Positions 13,225 through 22,960 of a DNA stretch of 64,000 bases are shown here, in pieces. The notes under the pieces were generated by a model. The model saw nothing but the letters and a program-made list of their open reading frames with translations. It was not told the origin of the DNA and made no database searches. Location of the stretch: contig OX597814.1 in the NCBI GenBank assembly GCA_951406725.2, forward strand, positions 186,806,001 through 186,870,000, in the 5' to 3' direction. The translations under genes and the position numbers were made by a program. Position 1 is the first letter of the stretch. Each line of letters begins with the position of its first letter. The DNA is from Octopus vulgaris. Its lineage: Eukaryota.

Positions 13225-13632
13225 ATCATTATCAGTTTAATGTCCACTTTTTCATGTTTCATGGGTTGAAAGGAGTTAAATGGGGAAAATTTTCTATGGC
13301 AGGATGCCTTTCCTATCATCAACCTTCAGCTGTTTCCAAGCAAGGAAATATTTCTCCATGGTCAGACATGTTTTCATAGAGTATTGAAAATGAATGACAC
13401 TACTTGTATAATAGTGACACACATCTACAATTATTATGCAATGTCAAGACAAAAGGACACAAACATACACACACATGATTCGCTTCTTTCAGTTTCCATT
13501 TACCAAATCCAATCACAAGGCTCTGGTCAGTCCAGAGCTATAGTGGAAGATACATGCCTAAGGTGCCACACAGTGGATCTAAACATGAAAACATATGTTT
13601 GGGAAGGAAACTTCTAAACTACACAGCCACGC
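13225..13632 (-). mobile_element. tRNA-type SINE (family B head, RTE-type tail)
   Basis: Minus strand begins GTGGCTGTGTAGTTTAGAAGTTTCCTTCCCAAAC like the copy at 34116, and ends AGGAAAGGCATCCTGCCATAGAAA...CATGAAAAAGTGGACATTAAA(TGA)n. Confidence 0.7.
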
Positions 13633-14544
13633 TTCATAATATTTAATGTATGGGGAATTACAATACCTAATTGTTATAAGGAGTACTTTTTTGTTAAGTT
13701 TTTATTTGCAAGATTTCTAAAGTTTCATATGCATAAGCGACATTTACACTTTTCACCTTTATATGGTTCTTCCAAGCCTAAAATATTTTAATCAAGTTTA
13801 AATTTGATGGCTTTAGATTTCAGGTTCCATAAGTATTCCAACAAAGAAGTTGGATGTTTTAATTAAGAATTGTAAAAGAAGAACTTCTATGAAGAAGAGC
13901 TGATTTTGAAAAGTTGGAAGCAGAGACTTTATATTGCTTTATTCCATTATGGTTGGTGACATTACAGTAATATATTACATTTTTTTCTTGAGACAGTACC
14001 TTTTAAGGGTTACAAATTAACAACTCTACAATCACGTCTACTCTTTAACAACTCCTATTAATATATCTAATGGTAAGTGATATTTCATATAGGTGTATGG
14101 TAGATAAGGTAACTTGTTTGATAACAAAGTCAGTAGGTGCTGTTACATCTACTTCTATTGCTATTAATAACTGAATTATTGCCAATTAGAATTACCTTTA
14201 TTGCTGTTAGTTTCTCCTACACATGTATAATTGATAGAGGCATTGCACCAGCATCCATCACCTGTGTTACCAGGATGAGTGCTAAAATCACTATCAGGGT
14301 TGTCATTAGCCTTATTATTTGATAAATACTTTGTTAAATTTATAATAGAGGCAGTAATGCTATCAGCTAAGTTTGAAATAGTTGAGTAAGAAAGTTTTTT
14401 CAGTACAAATATTGAAACTTTGGTAGTATTTATGTTTTGGCAGAAAAGTTTTCTTTATGAAGAGTATGGAGGATTTATATTGTGTTATGTTCTTCTTCTT
14501 AGTTCTTTAAACATTACCAAAGTTTCTCATATATTATTATTGCA

Positions 14545-14738
14545 AGGTAATTGAAGAACAGTGGGTTAACAAAATCATTGGAGTATCAGATAAAATATCT
14601 CAGTATTTGTTCAGCTATCTACGTTGTATATTCAACTTTGCCTTTTCATCCTTTTGGGGTCCATAAATTCAAAAAATAAGGTTGAAGGTATCAACCCTCT
14701 CAAAACTTCTGGTCTTGTGCCTAAGTTAGAAATAATTA
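14545..14738 (+). mobile_element. SINE family A, decayed
   Basis: TTTGCCTTTTCATCCTTTTGGGGTCCATAAA and tail TCTGGTCTTGTGCCTAAGTTAGAAATAATT; similar to 1-191. Confidence 0.55.
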
Positions 14739-14755
14739 GTAGATGGCTGATTGCT

Positions 14756-15810
14756 ACAGCAATATCGAAGGAAGGCTAACTAGGAAGATAGTTTTTGTAT
14801 GTGGCAGATGCTCAGGAGCAATAAACACTGAAAATGTGACGTGAACAACTTCTGCCACATTCTAGGGAGGAAAACTACAAGTAGTTGATAGCTTCCGTTA
14901 CCTAGGGACTAAATCAGTAGTGAGGGTGGATACTCTGAAAGTGTAGCTGCTAGAATAAGAATAGCCTGGACAAAGTTCAGAAAGCTCTTACCTCTGTTGG
15001 TGACAAAGGGCCTCTCGCTCAGAGTAAAAGGTAGACTGTATGACATGTGTACAAACAGCCATGCTACATGGCAGTGAAACATGGGCCGTGACTGCTTAGG
15101 ACATGCGTAAGCTCGCAAGGAATGAAGCTAGTATGCTCCGATGGATGTGTAATGTCAGTGTGCATACTCAACAGAGTGCAAGTACCTTGAGGGAAAAGCT
15201 GGACTTAAGAAGCATCAGATGTGGTGTGCAAGACAGATGACTGCTGGTATGGTCATGTGGCGAGAATGGATGAGGATAGCTGTGTAAAAAAGTGCCATAC
15301 CCTAGCAGTTGAGGGATCCTGTGGAAGAGGTAAACCCAGGAAGACCTGGGATGAGGTGGTGAAGCATAACCTTCAAACATTAGGTCTCACCAAGGCAATG
15401 ATTAGTGACCAATGCTTTTGAAAATATGCTGTGCTTGAGAAGACCCTGAAAGCCAAGTTAGACCATAACCTTGTGGCCTATGCCAGGGGTGTAACCAGCC
15501 CACTTATGCGTACCTTTCCTTCATTGGACACTAAACTCTGCTTGTGAAGACCTGTTGAGGCAAGTGAAATCGAAATCAAATTCGATGAATGGCATCTGTG
15601 CTAGTGGAGCGCGAAGAGTACCATCCGAGTGTGATCATTGCCAGAGCAGCTAACTGGCATCCGTGCTGGTGGCATGTAAAAAGCACTGTTCGAGTGTGAT
15701 CATCACTGGCACATGAAGAAAAGCATTCGAGTGAGGTCGTTGCCAGTGCCACTAGACTGGCTCCGGTACAGGTGGCACGTAAAAAACACCATTTGAGCAT
15801 GGCTGTTGTT
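14756..15810 (+). mobile_element. RTE-clade LINE, 5'-truncated pseudocopy with 3' repeat array
   Basis: Translates to WYGHVARMDEDSCVKKCHTLAVEGSCGRGKPRKTWDEVVKH. Closely similar to 48850-49700 and to the reverse complement of 56120-57110. Confidence 0.9.
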
Positions 15811-16470
15811 AGGATGGTATTCCTTTTAACACTGCTATTACAGTTCTTCATGATACAATAGGAAGTCATTCTATTCAAGACAAAACAACCCATACTAACG
15901 TTATTTAAACACAACCAGAAATTTACTATTGGTAAATTCATTGTACATATTTTTATTTATGGATCTACTTATGTCCATATCCTGATTATTTCTACTTGCT
16001 ATTTTCTTCTCATCATTATCACTTATATTAATTTTATGAAAACACTGTTGAATGAAAAGTTTTATTAACCTATAGATTTATTTACTAGGTGATTTAGCTA
16101 TATAAGATACTAAATATGTGCATTTACTACTAGTTTTACATGAAATATTTTTATTGTCACCATTTCTTATAGCCTCAGAATAGTAATCATCACTGTCCGG
16201 GAAATCAAGTTGTCAGCTGAAAGTTTTGAAATTGGAATGGATGTATATTTAATGAAATTCTTAATTATAGACTTAAAGTGGTTAGAGAGCTGATGAATGT
16301 AATGTAAATTTTCATTTTGTTTATGGAAAGGATGGTACAAAGATCCAATGTAACACACAGGAAGTTAATTTTTAAACATTCCTTGTGATGATGATGTATG
16401 ATTTACACACACACACATATATATAAGTAAATAAATGGGGTTGAACGCAGATGCTATTCAAATTCTTTTA

Positions 16471-16538
16471 CTTTCGACAACTTTGGTTTTATTCCAAAGG
16501 AATGAACGGTGTAAAATGCAATCTTCTCATCAGGAAAG
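16471..16538 (-). ncRNA. Degenerate hammerhead motif in the Penelope-like 3' terminal repeat
   Basis: Minus strand: stem I CTTTC / GAAAG, core CTGATGA and GUC triplet. GAAA reads AAAA; stems II and III are irregular. Confidence 0.45.
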
Positions 16539-16781
16539 AAAGAGAACCTATCTCAACAACAAGGCATTATAACAATTTTTGATGATTGCATAAATGATAA
16601 ACAGAACACTATTAAGTATTTTTAAAAAACCGTTAGTAGATTTGACATCAAAGGCAGACACTAAGAAGAGAAGGGGTAAAGAAATAATAAGTAGAGAACA
16701 AATAAAGAGGGATATATTGGTTGAAAAAATGTTCAAAGACTTGGAAGTAGATTTCTCTATTGAAGTAAAGTGCACGTTGAA

Positions 16782-17141
16782 CTAAATGTTCAAACTATAC
16801 AGACTGGTAAAATCACTTATATGAGCTAAAGGTATGTTTCTGCCAGGTTTACATTTGTAAGATCGCTCTATGAGTGTGTTAACGAGGTGATTCTTAGAGA
16901 AGAGAATACGGAAGAGTTCAGAATTGCAAATGTTACAAAATCCTTTGCCCTTATCATAAGGGAAAGATATGGACAGGATGAACCAATCTAACTTAAAATC
17001 CTTATTGTTGTCTTTAAGATACCAAACTAATTTATTTAGCCCGGTGCTATGACATTTACTGCTATCCCTAAATGAAGAATAATGATTGGAAATTCTCTTA
17101 GATAACCGGGAAGAGGATGCGCCAATGTAGAAGTACCACAA
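16782..17141 (-). pseudogene. Penelope-type GIY-YIG endonuclease fragment
   Basis: YIGASS..RISNHYSSF..STGLNKLVWYLK..W..C..CNSE..N..E..KC matches the motif order of Penelope-like endonuclease C-termini. N-terminal GIY motif and RT are absent. Confidence 0.8.
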
Positions 17142-17427
17142 GAAATTTTACATTGGTATATAGAATTCTTAATCTTAGAATTATTAGACACATCTTAGAA
17201 TTATTAGACATAAATTTAATTCTGTTGGGGTTGTCCTCAGAATTTGAATAGCATCTGCATTCAACTCCATTTATTTACTTATACTACACAAATTACTGCA
17301 CATTAACCCGGAGTTTCTACCTTTGAATAAGGCCGCTACATCCTTGTTACTGGCGTGAATTTTGCTACCCTGGTAACTGTTTATTGAATTTTCCATGTTA
17401 ACAGTAAACAAAGGATAATTCACTCAT

Positions 17428-17466
<39 letters not shown>

Positions 17467-17470
<4 letters not shown>

Positions 17471-17570
17471 AAATTTAAATAATAGGATAAAATCTTTATA
17501 AGAATTATCAAGTAGTCAGCTTGAAAAACCTCATCTTATAAAGATTTTATCCTATTATTTAAACTTTAAA
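17467..17570. repeat. 37-bp inverted repeat with 30-nt spacer between (TA)n tracts
   Basis: TTTAAAATTTAAATAATAGGATAAAATCTTTATAAGA 17467-17503 versus TCTTATAAAGATTTTATCCTATTATTTAAACTTTAAA 17534-17570. Confidence 0.9.
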
Positions 17571-17643
17571 TTTAACAGGAATATATTTAGTGCTGAATTA
17601 TTCTGAATATACCAAGATGCAATTCAAAAATACCGCCTCTTAC

Positions 17644-17682
<39 letters not shown>

Positions 17683-17770
17683 AGTGAACAACTCTATGTA
17701 CTGTGCTGGATACATTTGATGTTCGTCTGGTATGTTGATTTTTTTGTCCATTTTTATGTGTCTTGATTAT

Positions 17771-17833
17771 GCCTGCAATGACAATTAAAAAGTACATTTT
17801 GTGCACTAATTATGAAATCATATGATCTGCGGC
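17771..17833 (+). ncRNA. Degenerate hammerhead-like motif
   Basis: GCCTGCA / TGCGGC stem I; core ATGACAA (2 changes from CTGACGA); GAAA 17814-17817; palindromic TCATATGA; then TC. Confidence 0.35.
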
Positions 17834-17958
17834 TGAATCTGTTTTTAAGGAGCTCGCTTCGAGAGTTGCATTCCCCCGTGTTCTGTACACTGTATTTATT
17901 ATGTCCCTCATAGCGCAAGGCACTTATGTATAATAATGCCCTTAATATAGATATATAT

Positions 17959-17994
<36 letters not shown>

Positions 17995-18207
17995 TATGAG
18001 AGGTAATGGTGTCAATAAGGCCCAAAGGTGTTGGATAATGCTGAGTAAGTGCTATGGACAGACTATAGTTAAGCTCCAGGTTCAGTGATTATGCAAATGA
18101 GGAGCCCGATGTAGGTCAAATATCAGCATATGTATATATAAAAAAATTTTCAGAATGAGATAAAAATCCAAGGCTGTGAAAGATTTTAGAACATTTATAA
18201 ATAGAAG

Positions 18208-18255
18208 GTCTTACAGCTGTTTCCGGGATATTTTATGTATCCCTTCATCGGAGAC
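18208..18255 (-). ncRNA. Type I hammerhead motif, CCGATGA core variant (left arm)
   Basis: Minus strand GTCT-CCGATGA-A-GGGATA-CATAAAA-TATCCC-G-GAAA-CAGCTG-TA-AGAC. Confidence 0.65.
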
Positions 18256-18531
18256 GGTGTGAGAAAATGGTTAAGCAATAGTTATTCTAGATAAGATATA
18301 AAATAGAGAGTGGAGGAATGAAAATAGACGTGAGATATGCAGGAATATTGCATCTGATTCATTATTTAGGCAGAATAGTATACATATAAGATTCCAGTAC
18401 CATTCTGCCAGAATAATGGATCTACAGAAACAATATCCCTGCATATTTCACGTCTATTTTCATTCCTCCACTTCACTCTCTATTTTATATCTTATCTAGA
18501 ATAACTATTGCTTAACCATTTTCTCACACCA

Positions 18532-18577
18532 TCTCTGATGAAGGGATATATAAAACATCCCAGAAACAGCTGTAAGA
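18532..18577 (+). ncRNA. Type I hammerhead motif (right arm)
   Basis: TCT / AGA stem I; CTGATGA 18535-18541; GGGAT 18543-18547 / ATCCC 18557-18561; GAAA 18563-18566; CAGCTG 18567-18572; GUA triplet. Confidence 0.75.
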
Positions 18578-20325
18578 CCTATTTATAATTGTTCTAAAAT
18601 CTTTCACTGCCTTGGATTTTTACTTCATTCTGAAAATTTTATATATATATATACACACACACATACATACACACACATACAAACATTTGAAATCAGAACA
18701 AAGGAACAATATGAAATACTGAAAAGCAACTAATTAGGAGGAGAAGGAGAAGCAGCGGCAGTAGTTGTAGTGGTAGCAAGAGATAATGAAAGAGGAGCAG
18801 CAACACCACCAGTAGCTGCTGTGGTAGTAGTGATAATAACTTTTAATTAAGAATTTTGCATGAGTCTGATCACAAACTTCCACATAACAATACTTTCATC
18901 CCACATATGATTTTTATAAGCTTTTCTTACAACAGACTCAGTTTTTGAAATAGCAGACTTCAACATGTTTACTCATTATAATGTAAAGTATAAACCTTTA
19001 TTACAGTGATAAAGAAATGTAGCAAAATACTGGAATCACTCAACAGAACATAATCCTATACAAACACACATAAATGTATGCACATAGAAACCCATTGATC
19101 TTAATATACAGGAAATTATTAAAAGAAGCATCTATGAAAGAAAGGAGACTAGCATATTTCTGATCAGGCTCACCTTTCTTTTGAATTCATTAATGAGATA
19201 TGTAAAAGTACAAAATTATGCTGCAGATAAAATAATTGTAACTATGCAATGCTCTATCCCCACTTTTAATACACAAAGAAAAGAAGCCTGTCAGTCAATC
19301 TGTTTGTTATCTCTTGTTCAACTGTCATGATGTTAAAATATTCCATTAATGGATGAGATATTTTCGGTATGTCAATGCAAGTGGAACATTCCTTTTACTA
19401 GACCCTGAAGGCTATAGGTTTGTTGTTCTCTTGTCTTCATGTCGTGTCATCACAACATAGAACAGCAATGTAGTAGTTATGGCAAAAATACAAATGCAGA
19501 GCCTGTGGACACATTTTTTTCATAGAAATATTTCTTTCTGCAGCAAACGAAAACAAGCTGTATGCTTTATAACCCAACATTTTCTAACTTGCTGAAATTT
19601 CTAACAAGTATAGATAATTGGAACTGAATAAAATGTTAGTTTATTCGCAATGATTGCTCAGCATTTCTCACCATCATCATCATCATCACTGTAATATCCA
19701 TTTTACAATGCTGAAATAAATTGGTTATGCTTAATATGTTACACTTTATTTTTTTCATACATTTTAATCCAACATAATCTCTCTTATGAAACAAAATCTT
19801 TTTCTGCACACCTCTGAACCTTCTTCTGTCACTTTGAATATATTTTTTATTCAGTATCCATCCACAAGTTCATACCAGTTAATTTTTTACAGATACCATC
19901 CAGTTTCTAACTACTCATGTGGCTGTCTCTCAAATTTTTTGTGTATATTCAGCAGCTTATGCAAAAACATGCACTACTTAGGATGACAGCAATTATATTT
20001 CTTCTCTCACAGGCATCAAATATTTTGTTAGTATTTTGTCGTTAATAACAACTCCCTAAACTTAACTTTCTCATATACTTGCCATTAAGTCTTAATGTCC
20101 TATAATATAAGAATCCACCAGTACACGTAACAACAATTCAGTGTTGTCTGTGGTGGAAAACTGGAAGTAAACAGTCTTTTGTGTAAGAAACAAAATTTAA
20201 CTTCATTATAGTAGGAATTATCTGTCAAAAGACTTCCTGTTTGCATCATGTGCATTTATTTTGTCTGTTTATCAAGTGAACTTCTCCAAAGTTTTCTTTC
20301 TTCAATTTTTTAACATAATGGTAAT

Positions 20326-20549
20326 TACAAAATTGGTACTGAAAAGTTCCTGGCTTTGGATAAAAGAAAATACAAGAAGATTAGTTAATTATGATTTTAT
20401 TGAACATATTTCCCCTCTCACAGTCACACACTTATTGCAGTAGTCCTTCAGTTTTTCTAATCCTTGTAAAAGAACTTGGAAATTGGGTCTCCAACCAGGC
20501 CTTTCACAATATACCCTTAAAGCCAAGAACTTTTCAGCACCCCCTTGTA
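20326..20549. mobile_element. Mariner-derived MITE
   Basis: TIRs TACAAAATTGGTACTGAAAAGTTCCTGGCT / AGCCAAGAACTTTTCAGCACCCCCTTGTA with TA at both ends. Confidence 0.8.
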
Positions 20550-21250
20550 ACAACTCAAATGTTGAGTTAGAATTCAGTGATGTTTTATTATTATTTATAT
20601 ATTTATTTAGTAATGATTTAATTAGGGAAGTTGGACTTAAGAGGAAATAGTGATATTTCAGAGTCATTTGTACATATCAGCTAAGTGATATCAATTCTGA
20701 AAAGGAGTAAAGTTATCATGTAATTGATACTGGGCCATAATTCATCATTCACTAGGATAAATAAGAAAATTTTAAAAGAAAGACATTTTATCTTATTGTT
20801 CTTTGGGAGGGTCATACTGCCAGTAATGAAATATAAAAATGAAACATTTTATTTTACATATTACCCAACAATACAAAATTGATATCATGGTTGTAAGTCA
20901 GCCTGTACAACAATTGAACATGCAAATGGATTTTTCTTTGCTACTCTGACAACGGCTTGGTCTATTTTTGTGGGAAGCACCACTCAGCTGTCATGATTGC
21001 TTTGTAAAACTAAAATTAGACTTGTCTTGATCTAATTAAAATGACCATCCTACTTACTGTGTTAATAGATACTCCAAGTTGGGTCACTATAACAATAATT
21101 GTAACTTTCTTCATGTAAAATCACAATTTCTGCTCTGCTAGCAACAAAAATATCAAGTCCAGGTAGTTAATGACTTCCAAAGAAATTTTACATTGATTTA
21201 ATGCAAAGCAAATAAACACATTATATTTATGTATTCATGAAATATATTCG

Positions 21251-21682
21251 CCACATTTGGATGGCAAATATACTTCACGATGTCATGCTGCTACTGTTTA
21301 CATCTCCCTCAGAGATTTATTATTGCTTGTTTCTCCTTTTGCGAGATCAGTGACGATTTGTCACTGGAAAAAGCATATAGTATTTTGTGTATAGAACCAG
21401 TTCTCATCCCTAGCTGGTGATTGTCACATGCTGATGGCAGGTTACTTCCCAGAAACCTGGGTCCATGTGTATCACGTAAGGCTAGAGATGAGAACGATGA
21501 TTTCCCTTCACAAATACTGATCGGACACAGACAATGTTGTTAGTCAACTGGAGATGTCTTCCTGGGGCTATAAACAACAGTGGCATTGTCCCCTATGGGT
21601 CAGCCCACATTTAGGTGGAAAATATACTTCACAATGTCATGCTGCTACTGTTTACATCTCACTCAGAGATTTATTATTGCTT
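21251..21682 (+). mobile_element. Retrozyme-like unit: 354-bp monomer with 78-bp terminal direct repeat and internal hammerhead
   Basis: Direct repeats at 21251-21328 and 21605-21682; hammerhead at 21425-21469; several internal hairpins; no coding capacity. Confidence 0.65.
21425..21469 (+). ncRNA. Type I hammerhead motif with mutated core
   Basis: Perfect 6-bp stem I CACATG / CATGTG; CTGATGG (A9 changed); GAAA 21452-21455; CCTGGG; GUC triplet. Closed by an outer helix 21400-21414 / 21481-21495 (14 of 15 paired). Confidence 0.7.
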
Positions 21683-22569
21683 ATTTATATATTCATTTAT
21701 AATATAATGTGCATATTTCTGATTGATTAATGCCCTATCATTCTTAATACACTAATTTATTGAATAATGAACTCTTGTGTGATGAATTATGGTCAATATT
21801 GAAGATATGTAGTTGTCATGAAAGATCCTGAAACTATTTTGCATCTTTGGTTGCTCAATTGTCAGTCACTGCATATTTTCTTAGATCATACTCCTTTTCT
21901 TCATAATACTGGAATTTGAAGTTTCCTACAACTAATAGTTTCTGAGACAAGAGGACTTTTGACTTTTATAATTTGACTACATTATCACAAATAATCTGTG
22001 AGCAAAAGATCTCATTCATATGTATCTGTCCTCAGAGCCTATTCTAAATTCTTCATTAAAATGAGTCAACAACAGTCTTATAGGTTTGCTTAAGCAACAT
22101 GATTGGAATTACTTATTGAATAGCAGTTATAAATTTCACTATGAATACTATTACCCTATAGTACTCTCACCTCATTATCAAAGAGATCTGTATCACCATT
22201 GCACCATCAATTTTGTATTCTTAAACAGCATCATGACTGCAACCATTGTTTCTTGCAGTATTCCATAGGTCCACAATATTTGAGCCACTTTTTCTTGATG
22301 CTATTAATCAAAAGCTTTTGAGTTCACAAAGAACAACATTGCTTCTAAATTCTTTGCTTATTAAAGGAGTCTTCAATGATTCTTCTCACAGTCAATATCT
22401 GTCCAAGTGTTGATCTGTTCTTTCTGAAACCATTCTGGTTTGGAAGATAAATGACTTAATTCCAAATTGGATTCAATTACACAACATCACATTGGATTTG
22501 ATTATACAATATAGCATTGTAGATTTTTGGAAGTCTACACTGCTTGACCAAATGAAAAGGGAATTCTTT

Positions 22570-22960
22570 TCATAGTAGAATTAGTTCTTCTTTATGGCTT
22601 GTTATCATGGTCATGACAAAAAATTGTAGAAAGCAATTTTTATGGGAACAGCATGCACATATATGTTGCATGCCGTTCTCAACAAATCATGGAAGCACCA
22701 TCCAACAAAAGAAGAACTTTGTGGAAATAACCCCAATATATTATCAATCATTTGAGAGAGGAGGACAAAATATGTTGGTAATTGTTATCAAAGCTAAGAG
22801 AATCAGTAAATGAGCTCCTTTGATGGATCTCAAGCCATGGGAATTTTCATGTCAGACAACCCAGAATGACATACATTGATCAACTCTCTAAAGATGTTAG
22901 AAGAACTCAAAAATGCCATGGAAGACAGGAACACATGGAGAGAAAAGGAGTGGTTTTGGT
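22570..22960 (+). mobile_element. Old RTE-clade LINE C-terminal relic
   Basis: About 22835-22945 translates (with a frameshift) to RQPRMTYIDQLSKD..LEELKNAMEDRNTWRE, a typical RTE C-terminus. Confidence 0.6.

Larger units (their letters stand above)
16422..17430 (-). mobile_element. Penelope-like element, 5'-truncated, with inverted terminal repeat
   Basis: GIY-YIG C-terminal ORF, a downstream hammerhead-like motif, and 45-bp inverted repeats (16422-16466 / 17239-17283, 2 mismatches); bounded by (CA)/(TA) microsatellites. Confidence 0.85.
18143..18640. repeat. Long fold-back element (about 240-bp arms, 17-nt spacer), Penelope-type
   Basis: 18143-18380 is the reverse complement of 18398-18640 with scattered substitutions and indels. 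TA repeats flank both sides and each arm has a hammerhead. Confidence 0.95.
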
